From positions 2,400,001 through 2,464,000 of the forward strand of contig OY820905.2 of the NCBI GenBank assembly GCA_963555755.3: 64,000 nucleotides of DNA, given 5' to 3'. Each line of letters begins with the position of its first letter. The stretch's first letter is position 1. This DNA is from Nitrospirales bacterium. Lineage in GTDB: Bacteria > Nitrospirota > Nitrospiria > Nitrospirales > UBA8639. The notes beneath the pieces were generated by a model that was not told the origin of the DNA, searched no databases, and saw only the letters and a program-made list of their open reading frames with translations. This document shows positions 51,024-62,191 of the stretch, one piece after another. A program made the translations under genes and the position numbers.

Positions 51024-52289
51024 ATGCCTGAAGACAATAACTTTCGTCACTCAAAATATTCACGATCTGATCCAGGTGATCGCGTCACCTATCTTACCCT
51101 CGAACCTGGGGCTCAACCCTTTACACCCGCCTGGCAGGATGCCTTGGGTGTGGCTGGTAAAACTCTGCATGACTCGGGAGTCCGTATGGTGCTACTCCTG
51201 TACGGTTCATATTTAGGCGCGGATTTATTTGGAGCCGGACGCTTGGATGAGTTGGGAGGGTTAAAACGAGGATATTCTCGTGGCATTCCAGGATTGGAAT
51301 CCTTACTCGCCCTTCTGAGACCAGCGGATTACCAAAGATGCCAAGGGGATACGGCCATCACGCCTCCGTTTCTCAATAATGATGCCACGAAGACACGGCT
51401 CGACGAACTTGTGCAGGATCGAGGAAATTTTACCGCCGAGTATCAACAAGGCCTTCAGGACGCTCTTTCTTCATCCGGGTCATCACCTATTACCTGCGTT
51501 CGGCATCTCTGGTCATCGTTGCATCACCACCTTGGTCGAGTGGAAGCCACCCTTGAGCTGCTGCATGAATTAACTCATCTCCAACAGACCTTACAATTGA
51601 ATGAGAAGCACCGCATCCTGATCATTGCCCATGGCCAGGCTGGTCAACTCGCTGCCCTATTGTCAAATTTTCTAGGACCGGAGGAATCCTTTGTTCGTGA
51701 GGAACTGCTTGAAATCCTTGGTCAATTCTATAGCCAATCCGATGATCCACGACCTGCACTGGCACATCTCCAGGAATTGGAGCAATTTTTGGCAACCAAC
51801 CAATCCCAGACATTCCCAATCTTGGATGTCGTCACCTTAGGCACATCGGTACGGTATGGATGGAATACGAATGGAATCGGAAAGCTGCTCCATCTGGCCA
51901 ATCACCGTCCGCTCCGAAGCGACGGTAAAACATGGTTGGCGAAAATGGATTTACCCCAAATCGTCATGGAAATGCCCATGGTGCTCGGTGGCGACTATGT
52001 TCAGCAATTAGCAGTCGCCAGTACGGATATCGTTCCTGCCACACCCCAGGAAGAGGAACTCAATCAAACCCTACGAGAAAATCTGGAACCCTTTGACGGG
52101 TTTGAGCGATGGCTCGAATGCGCGAGACGAGTTACCCGATGCCCTAATGACAGCCAATGTCTCCTGATTGACTATCAAGATGCCGGGGAAGGTCCCGCGG
52201 CGGAACACCTCTATGGGCATGCCTGTTATACCCGGCTTTCATCCCTGTTATTTCAGACTCGACAGATCGTGAAAGCCCTGTACTCATAA
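51024..52289 (+). CDS. Hypothetical protein (alpha/beta-hydrolase-like)
   Basis: 421-aa ORF, IIAHGQAGQ, VVTLGT. Confidence 0.6.
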   Translation: MPEDNNFRHSKYSRSDPGDRVTYLTLEPGAQPFTPAWQDALGVAGKTLHDSGVRMVLLLYGSYLGADLFGAGRLDELGGLKRGYSRGIPGLESLLALLRPADYQRCQGDTAITPPFLNNDATKTRLDELVQDRGNFTAEYQQGLQDALSSSGSSPITCVRHLWSSLHHHLGRVEATLELLHELTHLQQTLQLNEKHRILIIAHGQAGQLAALLSNFLGPEESFVREELLEILGQFYSQSDDPRPALAHLQELEQFLATNQSQTFPILDVVTLGTSVRYGWNTNGIGKLLHLANHRPLRSDGKTWLAKMDLPQIVMEMPMVLGGDYVQQLAVASTDIVPATPQEEELNQTLRENLEPFDGFERWLECARRVTRCPNDSQCLLIDYQDAGEGPAAEHLYGHACYTRLSSLLFQTRQIVKALYS

Positions 52290-52421
52290 TCCTCTTCCCG
52301 GAACATTGAGACATGAGCCTTGGGGGGCATTGACCGTGACTTGTCACTTATGGTAATCCTGCCCAGTTTGCCCCAGTAGACAATAGTTCATCGTTTGGCT
52401 GACCAACTCTGAGTACAGACC

Positions 52422-53600
52422 ATGATTGTCGGTGTCCCTAAAGAAACATATCCTGGCGAAAAACGTGTAGCCTTAATTCCCGCTATTATTCCTTCTCTCC
52501 AAAAAGGAGGGATGGACGTGCACATTGAACGCGGGGCTGGGGCTGAATCAGGGTATCCGGATTCTGTCTATGAAGAAAAAGGGGCCACCATTGCCACTTC
52601 GCGACTTCAGTTATTTGAAACCGCAAAAATTATCGTTCAAGTTCGTCAACTTGGATCCAATCCTGAACAAGGCCAGACGGATTTGCCATTGATGCAGGCA
52701 GGTCAACTGATTATTGGCATGGCTGAAGCCCTCTCCAATCCTCATGCCCTTCGGGACCTGAATGCCCGAAAAGTCATGGCATTCGCGATGGAACTCATGC
52801 CACGAATCACCAGGGCGCAAAGCATGGATGTACTCTCGTCCATGGGAACGGTTGCCGGGTATAAGGCGGTGTTGTTGGCTGCTAATGCCTTGCCAAAGAT
52901 GTTTCCCATGCTTATGACGGCAGCCGGCACGGTGGCACCAGCCAAGGTGCTGATTATTGGAGCCGGGGTTGCCGGGCTTCAAGCTATATCCATGGCACGT
53001 CGGCTTGGCGCTTCAGTTGAAGCGTATGACCTTCGCCCGGCTGTTAAGGAACAGGTATTGAGCCTCGGGGCGAAATTTGTTGACCTTCCCTTAGAAACTC
53101 GTGATTCCGAAGACAAGGACGGCTATGCCAAAGCCCAAGATGAAGAGTTCTATCGACGGCAACGAGAACTATTGGGCAAAGTTATTGCTTCCAGTGATGT
53201 AATCATCACCACCGCAGCCGTACCCGGGAAAAAAGCTCCAGTGCTCATCACGGCGGACATGGTCGCAGCCATGGCACCTGGATCGGTCATTGTTGATTTG
53301 GCTGCCGAACGTGGCGGGAACTGTGAACTCACCAAAGGGAATCAAACCGTTGTGGCTCATGGGGTCACGATAATCGGGCAGGAGGACCTTTCTTCCTTGG
53401 TTCCTTACCATGCCAGCCAAATGTACAGCAAAAATATCGCGACTTTCCTTCTGCATGTAGTCAAAAAGGGTGAGTTGACCCTCGATATGGAGGATGAAAT
53501 TACACGGGAAACCATGTTAACCCGTGATGGGACAATTGTTCATTCGCGGGTTCGGGAGATTTTAGGGCCCTTGGCTGGTTTACGAGCAGAGGAGACATAG
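52422..53600 (+). CDS. pntA: NAD(P) transhydrogenase alpha subunit, part 1
   Basis: GVPKE, RITRAQSMDVLSS, GAGVAG, VDLAAERGGNC. Confidence 0.95.
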   Translation: MIVGVPKETYPGEKRVALIPAIIPSLQKGGMDVHIERGAGAESGYPDSVYEEKGATIATSRLQLFETAKIIVQVRQLGSNPEQGQTDLPLMQAGQLIIGMAEALSNPHALRDLNARKVMAFAMELMPRITRAQSMDVLSSMGTVAGYKAVLLAANALPKMFPMLMTAAGTVAPAKVLIIGAGVAGLQAISMARRLGASVEAYDLRPAVKEQVLSLGAKFVDLPLETRDSEDKDGYAKAQDEEFYRRQRELLGKVIASSDVIITTAAVPGKKAPVLITADMVAAMAPGSVIVDLAAERGGNCELTKGNQTVVAHGVTIIGQEDLSSLVPYHASQMYSKNIATFLLHVVKKGELTLDMEDEITRETMLTRDGTIVHSRVREILGPLAGLRAEET

Positions 53601-53606
53601 GACGCC

Positions 53607-53885
53607 ATGGATATTGTTTCAGGAATCACGATTTTTGTGCTGGCAATTTTTGTCGGCTTTGAAATTATCACGAAAATCCCCCCAACCCTTCATACCCCAC
53701 TCATGTCAGGGGCCAATGCCATCTCCGGGATTACCCTGGTTGGCGCGATTCTCTCCTCCGGGGCTCAGCACACCTTTCTGACCACGACCCTGGGGGTTCT
53801 TGCCGTGGTCTTTGCTACCATTAACGTGGTTGGTGGATTCATGGTCACGAACCGCATGTTGGCAATGTTTAAAAGAAAAACCTAA
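53607..53885 (+). CDS. NAD(P) transhydrogenase alpha subunit, part 2
   Basis: LHTPLMSGANAISG, RMLAMF. Confidence 0.93.
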   Translation: MDIVSGITIFVLAIFVGFEIITKIPPTLHTPLMSGANAISGITLVGAILSSGAQHTFLTTTLGVLAVVFATINVVGGFMVTNRMLAMFKRKT

Positions 53886-53888
53886 CAC

Positions 53889-55277
53889 ATGCCCGAATTA
53901 CTTCTAAATATTGGCTATTTAGTCTCGGCAGGCCTGTTCATTATTGGTCTCAAGGGGCTGACTCATCCCCGCACGGCGGTTCGAGGGAATCTTCTTGGTG
54001 CCTGCGGGATGCTTCTCGCCATTGTCATTACCCTGATGAACCATAGCATTGTGAGTTTCGAAGTCATCCTGACGGGGCTCATCATTGGTGCCGTAATCGG
54101 GGCCGTGCTAGCCATTAAAATAGAAATGACCTCGATGCCTGAGCTTGTCGCCGCTTTTAATGGATTTGGAGGCATTGCTTCGGTTTTTGTCGCAGGAGCG
54201 GCCATCATCGAAAACACCCTGCATGGTGCCACCCCCATGACACAGACGACGGTCGCCGTCGCGGCATCGGGTCTCATTGGCGCGGTCACGTTTTGGGGTA
54301 GCCTCGTGGCTTTTGGGAAACTTAAGGGACTAGTCGGGGATAAAGCCGTCCTGTTTTCCGGCCAGCAAGTCATCAATGCCGGGCTTGCCATTCTCGCCCT
54401 GGCCTTAAGCGCCGGATTGGTCATGGATCCGACTAACGCATACTTCTACTGGCTCTTAGTTCTCGCGGCTTCAGCCCTGGGGGTTCTTTTGGTGATTCCC
54501 GTTGGCGGAGCGGATATGCCCGTGGTTGTAGCGCTGTTGAATTCTTATTCTGGACTGGCCGCGGCTTCGACAGGATTTATCTTGTCAAATAACGTGTTGA
54601 TCATCACCGGATCTTTGGTTGGTGCCTCGGGCCTTATTCTGACCCGCATCATGTGCAAAGCCATGAACCGTTCCCTCTTCAACGTCCTATTTGGGGTTCT
54701 CGCTCCAACAGGGGGAGGGGCCTCGGCTGACGAAGTGTACACTGGCCGGGTGAAATCAGCATCCGCGGACGAGGTCGCTCTCCTGTTTGATGCTGCACGA
54801 CGAGTCGCCATTATCCCAGGGTACGGGATGGCCGTATCCCAAGCACAACATCCCGTTGCAACCTTAGCCTCAATGCTCGAGGAACGCGGGATCCAAATCG
54901 AATATGGTGTTCATCCGGTGGCAGGACGAATGCCAGGACATATGAACGTCTTATTGGCAGAAGCTGATGTGCCGTATGAATCACTCAAGGATATGGACGA
55001 AATTAACCAGTATATCGATCAAGTTGACGTAGCTTTGGTCATTGGAGCCAATGACGTGGTTAATCCGTTGGCCAGAACAGACCCCACCAGCGCCCTTGCT
55101 GGCATGCCCATCATCAATGTGGATAAAGCCAGGACAGTTGTCGTGATCAAGCGAAGCCTCAGTCCGGGATTTGCCGGCATTCCCAACCCGCTTTTCGCCA
55201 TGGATAACTCGTTGATGCTCTTTGGAGACGGGAAAAAGGCCGTTCTGGATATCATTGCCGCCCTCAAAGACACTTAA
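53889..55277 (+). CDS. pntB: NAD(P) transhydrogenase beta subunit
   Basis: GGADMPVV, HPVAGRMPGHMNVLLAE, GANDVVNP. Confidence 0.96.
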   Translation: MPELLLNIGYLVSAGLFIIGLKGLTHPRTAVRGNLLGACGMLLAIVITLMNHSIVSFEVILTGLIIGAVIGAVLAIKIEMTSMPELVAAFNGFGGIASVFVAGAAIIENTLHGATPMTQTTVAVAASGLIGAVTFWGSLVAFGKLKGLVGDKAVLFSGQQVINAGLAILALALSAGLVMDPTNAYFYWLLVLAASALGVLLVIPVGGADMPVVVALLNSYSGLAAASTGFILSNNVLIITGSLVGASGLILTRIMCKAMNRSLFNVLFGVLAPTGGGASADEVYTGRVKSASADEVALLFDAARRVAIIPGYGMAVSQAQHPVATLASMLEERGIQIEYGVHPVAGRMPGHMNVLLAEADVPYESLKDMDEINQYIDQVDVALVIGANDVVNPLARTDPTSALAGMPIINVDKARTVVVIKRSLSPGFAGIPNPLFAMDNSLMLFGDGKKAVLDIIAALKDT

Positions 55278-55538
55278 ACTCCTATTTTCTTTGTTTTTCT
55301 ACCCCTTTATATATAGTAATTTTATCTAGTATATTAATCTTATCTTTTCATCGAATACCTGTGCAGAACTACACGTGAAATAATATTGTAACTAGTTGAA
55401 AAAATTGAATAAAATTTAATTTACACTTTATCAATATTAGGTCTTGTTTGAACCTTTGTGAGTATGCTACATTTAGAGGTTGTCATACAGAAACTGGATT
55501 ATACTTAAGTTTTAGAATAGATCAGGGCAATTGCAGTT

Positions 55539-55733
55539 ATGGAAATAAAAGTCATTAATAACAATGTCGAGAAGGCCTTACGTGTTGCCAAAAAGAAACT
55601 GGCAGCAGATGGATTGTTCCGTGAATTAAAACGGCGTCGCTTTTATGAGAAACCAAGCGTAAAGAAAAAAGCCAAAGAACGAGAAGCAGCACGGCGTCGA
55701 CAGAAATGGTTGGCCAAACGTACGTTCCGGTAA
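55539..55733 (+). CDS. rpsU: 30S ribosomal protein S21
   Basis: RRFYEKPS motif. Confidence 0.93.
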   Translation: MEIKVINNNVEKALRVAKKKLAADGLFRELKRRRFYEKPSVKKKAKEREAARRRQKWLAKRTFR

Positions 55734-55808
55734 ATCTCAACTGTACATCACCCCTCTCTCCTCGTTTGCACATTTCCCATCAATTATTTTTCACTCCCCA
55801 GGATCCCA

Positions 55809-56465
55809 ATGCGTGACGAACAGATTCACGCGGTCATCAGAATTGTCAAAAAGATCATTCAGCAATGGGAAGAGCCAGTGCTCGGGGTTGTCGCTCGAGA
55901 ATCCCACGATCCCTTTCGCATACTGATTGCTTGCCTGCTCAGCCTTCGAACAAAAGATCACACCACAGCCGAAGCCAGCCAACGATTATTCACACTAGCT
56001 GATACTCCAGCACGCATGCTCACACTCCCAATCAAACAGGTAGAGCGAGCCATTTACCCTGTGGGGTTTTACAAAACCAAAGCCAAACAAATTCTTTCGA
56101 TCTGCCAAAGCCTTTTGGATGATTTTGGAGGTCAGGTTCCTGATTCCATTGATAACCTGCTCACACTAAAAGGCGTGGGAAGAAAGACGGCGAACTTAGT
56201 CGTGACGGTAGGCTTCAACAAACCTGGAATTTGCGTGGATATTCACGTACACCGAATCAGTAATCGGTGGGGATACATTCAAACGAAAACTCCAGAAGAA
56301 AGCGAACGGGCCTTGCGTATGAAACTCCCTAAAAAGTATTGGATCAATTTCAATGACTGGCTCGTCCCATATGGACAAAACCTCTGCCGGCCAGTTTCGC
56401 CTTTTTGTAGTCAATGTCTTGTGAGCACATACTGTCAAAGAGTGGGAGTCAGCACATCTCGGTAG
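55809..56465 (+). CDS. nth: Endonuclease III
   Basis: LKGVGRKTAN, VDIHVHR, C-x6-C-x2-C-x5-C. Confidence 0.92.
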   Translation: MRDEQIHAVIRIVKKIIQQWEEPVLGVVARESHDPFRILIACLLSLRTKDHTTAEASQRLFTLADTPARMLTLPIKQVERAIYPVGFYKTKAKQILSICQSLLDDFGGQVPDSIDNLLTLKGVGRKTANLVVTVGFNKPGICVDIHVHRISNRWGYIQTKTPEESERALRMKLPKKYWINFNDWLVPYGQNLCRPVSPFCSQCLVSTYCQRVGVSTSR

Positions 56466-56573
56466 GAGCCTGTCCGGGATTACAATTTCAATGGAACCAA
56501 GGCTGTTCTTGTCAATGGAGCTCTGTACACGACAATGTTTATTTGTGAGAAAAGCAACATGCTGGGCAGGTAT

Positions 56574-57251
56574 ATGAACAACCGAATGATCTTCAGTCTC
56601 GTGGTGGCATGGGGGATGGTAGTGCTATGTACCGGGTGCGCGGCGCCCCATTTTTTTACGGTCACGATTTATGAAAGTCCGGATCGAGTCGTCAAACTGC
56701 AGGCCGTATCGGATGCCAACAACGGGAAAGGGTTCTCCCATCCGGCATACATTCCTGAGGAGAAGTTGGCGGAAGTGATGCGGGGCTTGCAGGTTGAGAT
56801 CCACAACACGGCATTGTCGGTCCCGTTCCTCGGAAGGTCAGGCACCAGTAAACGCCAACAAGTGTTTAGCAACCGTGAGATCACATTCTTTGCTCCCTTG
56901 TTTGCCAAAGGCCTGGCGCAAGCTACGCCGGAAGAGATAGTGACCTTTTTTGAAACTGCGGATATTTCTGACTTGAATCAAATCACCACGTCAGGTGGGC
57001 TGTTTGTCAAAGGGGATGAGATCCACTTCTTATTGAGCAATCACGGGGTGAAAACGCGAATATGGCAGGATAACGAACAGTATGAAGCACCCTATCATTT
57101 ACGGCCTATGGAACCTATTGATCCACAACCCGGCCGTCTCGTCTTCGACCCACCACACCTCATGCTAGAACCTCAGCGAGGGATTCTTAATATTGGCCTC
57201 ACAGCCGAACCCTGGGAGGTGGGAATTCGGTGGAAAGAGCTAGGGCAATGA
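56574..57251 (+). CDS. Putative lipoprotein, distantly similar to 38693-39379
   Basis: TGC lipobox; both share HP..I..E....RGL and F...E..F.AP.....L.QATPEE.V.F. Confidence 0.65.
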   Translation: MNNRMIFSLVVAWGMVVLCTGCAAPHFFTVTIYESPDRVVKLQAVSDANNGKGFSHPAYIPEEKLAEVMRGLQVEIHNTALSVPFLGRSGTSKRQQVFSNREITFFAPLFAKGLAQATPEEIVTFFETADISDLNQITTSGGLFVKGDEIHFLLSNHGVKTRIWQDNEQYEAPYHLRPMEPIDPQPGRLVFDPPHLMLEPQRGILNIGLTAEPWEVGIRWKELGQ

Positions 57252-57297
57252 ACCCAACAGGTAGGTTAAGACCAATTCTCCTCTAATTTAGTAGACT

Positions 57298-57558
57298 TTA
57301 GTAGACGTGCCGTCGATGCTTGATGGTGAGAATGATGACCTGCATTTTGTGTTTCCAGACTTCATACACGATTCGATAGGCCCCCACTCGTAACGATCGT
57401 TCCCCCGCATGGTTCCCAACTAGCGGTTTTCCTTGAAGGGGAGACGCTTGTAGGGTCTCCAGTTTCCTGGAGATTCGATCACACAGACGTTGGTCGTTCT
57501 TGGCTAACTGCATAAGATCGTGTTCTGCTTCGCGGGTGAAGCGAACCGCATAATTCAC
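57298..57558 (-). CDS. RelE/ParE-family toxin
   Basis: GKPL.G..SLRVGAYRIVY..IKHRRHVY. Confidence 0.9.
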   Translation of the reverse strand: MNYAVRFTREAEHDLMQLAKNDQRLCDRISRKLETLQASPLQGKPLVGNHAGERSLRVGAYRIVYEVWKHKMQVIILTIKHRRHVY

Positions 57559-57827
57559 GATCGTGCCAGTTTTTTCTTCAGGGTGGACAGCGCAATCGTC
57601 TGTCCCTTGCGGGCTTGTTTCTTGGCACGGTTAATAGCCTGTTCTTCGTCGGGACAGGCTTGAAGGTCAAGGGTTTCTAGCAATCCCTCATACTCCTCGG
57701 CACTCAGGAGGACCGCAGCATCTGTCCCATTTTTTGTGATGACAACTCGTTCATATGTTTCATGAACTTCCTGAACAATAGCCGAGAGCTTGTGTTTCGC
57801 CTCGGCTAACGGCATGGTTCGGCGCAT
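57555..57827 (-). CDS. Phd/YefM-family antitoxin
   Basis: EAKHKLS..VITKNG..AVLLS.EEYE..LETL; overlaps the toxin start. Confidence 0.9.
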   Translation of the reverse strand: MRRTMPLAEAKHKLSAIVQEVHETYERVVITKNGTDAAVLLSAEEYEGLLETLDLQACPDEEQAINRAKKQARKGQTIALSTLKKKLARS

Positions 57828-57856
57828 AAGGGCTCTCCTTCCCGGATGAGTATTAA

Positions 57857-57893
57857 TAGCCCCTAATTATAGGCTAAATGGGAGGAAAGTCAA
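57857..57893 (-). promoter_or_regulatory. TA promoter with overlapping operator-like inverted repeat
   Basis: TTGACT-N16-TATAAT on the minus strand; TAGCC/GGCTA flank the -10 box. Confidence 0.6.
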
Positions 57894-58115
57894 GGATGGA
57901 GAAATGAGGAGGATATTTCAATTTTCGTTCCTAGGGCTAAGGGTAGTATGAATATAGACTAGTTGTGTGCCAATCAACCCTCAGCCTGACCCTATCTTGC
58001 CCAATGTATATTTTTCCAACCGTATCAAAATTTGATGTTTCTGGAAATGAAATTGAAGGAAGAAGCGAGTGAAAGAAAAAGGTGACAAAAACAGAAATAT
58101 GTATCAGAAACATTT

Positions 58116-58700
58116 TTACTGTTGTTGCATGTGTTCCTGCATTTTCTTGAGCTGTTCCAGCATCTTCCTCCTATCCTGACCTTGCGGCATTATTTCTTGT
58201 GTGCCTTTTTTCTTCCCTGCTATTCCTGAACCACGACCTAGACCTTGAAGCTCCTGAATGTGTTTGAAGGGATCGATTTCTTTCACGACGATCTTTCCAC
58301 CCATCGCTTTTATGAAATCAGTCCCGACTTTCATCAAATTGGGATCCTTCCGGTTAGCCATATTGAGCATGGGGCTTTCCATTTTGGTCGCAGTGTTGGC
58401 CACCTGATCGACTTGATACGCCCACCGGCCATCGGTATACATAAGCTGATCTGTCGACTGCGTCACGCCCATCATGCTCATGGTACTCTTCATTCGTCTG
58501 ACAGTCTTTCGACCCCAATTATTCCATTTCATGGATTCTGTCCCTGTATTGACCCCCCGACATTGTATATTCAATTTGCCCTGCTTCAATTTCATAAAAT
58601 TTCACATTTTCCAGATTTCCGGCGTGGCTTGAAGGGACAAGGCCCCAAGCAGGACTCCCACCACGACTTCCAAAATAATCTACCGAACCCATGGTTCATA
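58116..58700 (-). pseudogene. Possibly degraded exported-protein gene
   Basis: Coding-like core (WNNWGRK..YQVD..TATKM) with an incoherent N terminus. Confidence 0.35.
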
Positions 58701-58872
58701 ACGGTACCTCATCGTGTTTGGATCTGAATAAACAGTGTATCGTAGTTCAACAGTATCAAGGTTTAAGAATTCCGGAAATGGAGTGTGAAGAAATACCGTG
58801 GCAAACAGTGTGATGAAAGGGAAAAGAAAACCGTGTCAGGAGACTTTTCTGCTTCCAGAAGTGTGAAATTCC

Positions 58873-60294
58873 TCAGAACGACACGTCCCACTGTAGGCGA
58901 ACACGTTGTTCAGTGAGGGCGGGACCGATGGGTACATCCAAGGTTAAGTGTGAGGCATCCACAGTAATTTTGTTTCTGTGCCCTGCGAAAAACCAGTTGA
59001 TGGCCCCTGTGTATTCCCGCAAAGTGTCGTTCCCTGCGGATACATTTGGATCGACAAATGCAAACCGAAATGCAATTTCCAGGGGTTTAGGCACGGCGGG
59101 AATAAGACCATGCGGAAAATACCCAATCTGTGAATAGCTTCCCATAAGATTGGTTTTCGAGGGCATGACGGGTGTCGTACCTCCAAAACCGTTTAACCCG
59201 ATTCCGGCACCGGCATCTTTTATTTGCTTCCAGTGGTATTCATGTTGAATAGAAAGCCCCCTCCATTTCATAGCAAATTCTTCCACCATACCATCTGTTC
59301 GAAATTGTCCATCTGCGGCAGTTGAATCACTTGTAAAGGCCAATCCGAGTGATGTGGTAAAACCGGATTGCAGTGTTCCACACCCGCTGGATGACCATCG
59401 GGTACATTTCCCAATGTTAGTGAAGGCTCCAAACGCTATGCTGGCAGTAGGGTTCTCATGGTATTCCAGGTCACTTTGGGAAAATTTCAAATCCCGACCC
59501 AAAAAATTCCACTGAAAGCGGCCCAGCCACATGAGGTTATCGTCATCATTGGCCTCACCTCTTCCTGAACCGGTGAAGACCCCAACATAGTACCAGGAGT
59601 CGGCAAAGGTGCCAGGAGCCAGGTGGCCCATCAGCATCGCACCAACTTGTCGATCAACCGTAAAGACCGTATTGACGATAGAACGCTCAATAAATTGCTG
59701 CTTGCCTGAAGAGTCTACCCGCTCGCGATTGTAATTGACTTTCCATTGCCCGACTCGAAATTGAGCCCATTGGTATTTGTCCAGGGTAAATCGCCACGTG
59801 ATGAGAGAGGTAGATCCTGAGGAACTTCCTGAATCCGAAGTTGTTTGCCAATTGGCTTCAATATAATACTTAATCCAGGGTTGATACGCATGCCCCCCCA
59901 CTTTCAGTCGAACTCGGCGAAGTTCAAACGTCGCTTCTGGATTGTCACCAAAATCGACCGTACTATCCTCATCGCTGCGATCCGGGTAGGAAAATCGACC
60001 TTGAAAACGCCATTGCATGGACATTCGCCAATTCCCATCTTCGGTTGCAAACCCAAAGCCTTTTTTGGACCAAAACGGGATGGCAGAAACATCTTTGCTC
60101 TTTTTCTTCTCACCCTGGGGCTTTGTTTTTTCTCTGTCCGCTTCGATCCGGGCCCAGTCTTCTTTGCTGATCACCCCTTTTTCGCGCAACACATCACGTA
60201 ACGTGTCTCCGGCGATGGCCGGGGTCGAATTGAGAAAAAAGAGTATGCCAAGTATGGATAGTCCCCACCCTGTCCACAAACTTTTTCTCTTCAT
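58873..60294 (-). CDS. OprO/OprP-like phosphate-selective porin
   Basis: FELRRVRL, GQWKV..RE..SS..QFIERS, terminal Phe; downstream of pst/phoU. Confidence 0.85.
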   Translation of the reverse strand: MKRKSLWTGWGLSILGILFFLNSTPAIAGDTLRDVLREKGVISKEDWARIEADREKTKPQGEKKKSKDVSAIPFWSKKGFGFATEDGNWRMSMQWRFQGRFSYPDRSDEDSTVDFGDNPEATFELRRVRLKVGGHAYQPWIKYYIEANWQTTSDSGSSSGSTSLITWRFTLDKYQWAQFRVGQWKVNYNRERVDSSGKQQFIERSIVNTVFTVDRQVGAMLMGHLAPGTFADSWYYVGVFTGSGRGEANDDDNLMWLGRFQWNFLGRDLKFSQSDLEYHENPTASIAFGAFTNIGKCTRWSSSGCGTLQSGFTTSLGLAFTSDSTAADGQFRTDGMVEEFAMKWRGLSIQHEYHWKQIKDAGAGIGLNGFGGTTPVMPSKTNLMGSYSQIGYFPHGLIPAVPKPLEIAFRFAFVDPNVSAGNDTLREYTGAINWFFAGHRNKITVDASHLTLDVPIGPALTEQRVRLQWDVSF

Positions 60295-60422
60295 TCCGTT
60301 AAGCCTCCTCCAAGCGTTGTTGCATAATTGCCGTTAATTTACCACCGGGCAGGTCTCTTGATAGAGCCTGAGAGCAACCGATGCTCAGTGATCGCTCGTC
60401 TACAGTTTGCGCGAGCACTTGA

Positions 60423-60660
60423 GGGCCTGTTGAATATCTCACTCCAATAGCCAATACAAGCTCCAGAGAAGTCACGCATCGTCAATGGGGGGGAATGTTC
60501 AAAAAAGCATGCCCTGAGTCTTTCCGAAGGGTCTATCCAGTCCTGTCCTGAGCAGAGTCGAAGGAAAGGCCGCAGCCCTTTTGGCGCGCGGAGCGTACTC
60601 ATAGTACGTGAGCACGGCAAAAGGGCGAGAACGCCGCTGGCGGCTTTTTTCAACATTCCC
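60423..60660. mobile_element. MITE family A long copy (238 bp) with an empty IS110-1 target
   Basis: 5-bp TSD CTTGA; contains gcatgccctgagtc. Confidence 0.9.
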
Positions 60661-60674
60661 CTTGAAAAACTCGA

Positions 60675-61355
60675 CTATTCACTGCCCTTCTTCCGGTAGT
60701 CCTCAACGCGGTGCCGGATCAGCTCACCATCGACCATGAACACCACATCCTCCGCAATATTAGTCGCCAGATCCGCGATCCGTTCGAGGTGCCGGGAGGC
60801 GGATAGGGCATGTACGGCCCGTGTGATCGTCTCGGGGTCTCGGCGCATGAGATCTTGCAAAATGGTATACATATCCCTGTTGATCGCGTCGATCTCATCG
60901 TCCATCATCAGAACCTTCCAGGCCAGCGCGGTATCCCTATTGGTTAGCGCATCGAGACTGTCCCTGAGCATTTTTCGAACCCCCTCGGCCATCCGGGGAA
61001 AGTCCAACGATACGTCTAATTGCTCTTGGGTCGACAGGTAGGCGGCGCGCTCAGCGATGTTGACGGAGAGGTCGCCCATTCGTTCGAGGTCGTTGTTGAC
61101 TTTGAGCACCGCAACGATAAACCGGAGGTCCGCCGCCACCGGCTGGTGCAGCGCGAGGACCTTGAGGCACGCTTCCTCCACCTGGTTCTCTTTGTCGTCA
61201 ATGAAGTCGTCGCCGTCCATTACTTCCTCGGCCAGGTCGATACGACGATCCACCAGGGCGGTGATCGCCTTGTTGGTGACATCCTCCACCATTGAGCCGA
61301 GGCTCAGGAGCTCCTTCTTGAGGTGTTCTAGGTCCCGTTGCAAATGCTTTGACAT
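60675..61355 (-). CDS. phoU: Phosphate signalling protein PhoU
   Basis: QPVAADLR, DLERMGD, LERIADLATNIAE. Confidence 0.95.
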   Translation of the reverse strand: MSKHLQRDLEHLKKELLSLGSMVEDVTNKAITALVDRRIDLAEEVMDGDDFIDDKENQVEEACLKVLALHQPVAADLRFIVAVLKVNNDLERMGDLSVNIAERAAYLSTQEQLDVSLDFPRMAEGVRKMLRDSLDALTNRDTALAWKVLMMDDEIDAINRDMYTILQDLMRRDPETITRAVHALSASRHLERIADLATNIAEDVVFMVDGELIRHRVEDYRKKGSE

Positions 61356-61363
61356 CTCTCCCC

Positions 61364-62191
61364 CTATCCGAACCGGCCCGTCACGTATTCCTCAGTCCTC
61401 TTCTGCTTTGGACGGGTAAAGACCTCTGTGGTCTCACCGAATTCAACGAGTCTTCCGCCCTCTAAAAAAGCGGTGAAGGCGGAGACTCGGGCCGCTTGTT
61501 GCATGTTGTGAGTAACAATCACGATAGTATACCGGTCCTTGAGTTCGAACATCAGGTCCTCGATTCGAGCCGTGGAAACCGGATCGAGAGCGGAGCAGGG
61601 TTCGTCCATGAGGATAACCTCCGGCTCCATGGCCAGCGCTCGCGCGATACATAGGCGCTGCTGCTGTCCGCCGGAAAGGCTCATTGCCGAATCGTGCAGG
61701 CGGTCCTTGACCTCTTCCCAGAGCGCGGCTCGGCGAAGCGACTTCTCAACTCGTTCGTGGATGTCCCCGGGATAACGGTTGACCGTTGGACCCCAGGCGA
61801 CGTTCTTGAAGATCGACTTGGGAAAGGGGTTGGGCTTCTGAAAGACCATGCCCGTGCGTCGGCGCACCTCGACGGGATCAATGTCATAGGCGTAGAGGTC
61901 CGTACCAGAATAGAGTATCTGTCCCTGCATGGTCATGCCTGGAATGAAATCGTTCATCCGGTTGAATGCACGGAGCAGTGTGCTCTTGCCACACCCAGAA
62001 GGGCCAATGACGGCTGTGATCCGTTGCTCCGGGATCAAGAGGGAAACCTCGCTGATCGCCGGATTCTCACCGTAGCGGATGGTGACGCTGCGAGCCTCAA
62101 GAATCGGTCGGCTCCCTGCGACTGGGTTCGGGGCGAGATGATCCTTCACATCGGTTATGGGTCTGTTAATTATTTCCGGTCCAGGACCCAT
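61364..62191 (-). CDS. pstB: Phosphate ABC ATPase; native start disrupted by a MITE, start inferred
   Basis: [38 protein letters not shown]. Confidence 0.93.
   Translation of the reverse strand: MGPGPEIINRPITDVKDHLAPNPVAGSRPILEARSVTIRYGENPAISEVSLLIPEQRITAVIGPSGCGKSTLLRAFNRMNDFIPGMTMQGQILYSGTDLYAYDIDPVEVRRRTGMVFQKPNPFPKSIFKNVAWGPTVNRYPGDIHERVEKSLRRAALWEEVKDRLHDSAMSLSGGQQQRLCIARALAMEPEVILMDEPCSALDPVSTARIEDLMFELKDRYTIVIVTHNMQQAARVSAFTAFLEGGRLVEFGETTEVFTRPKQKRTEEYVTGRFG

Noticed and set aside
52422..55277. Split pntA as a pseudogene
   Set aside because: The three-subunit transhydrogenase arrangement is a known normal form.
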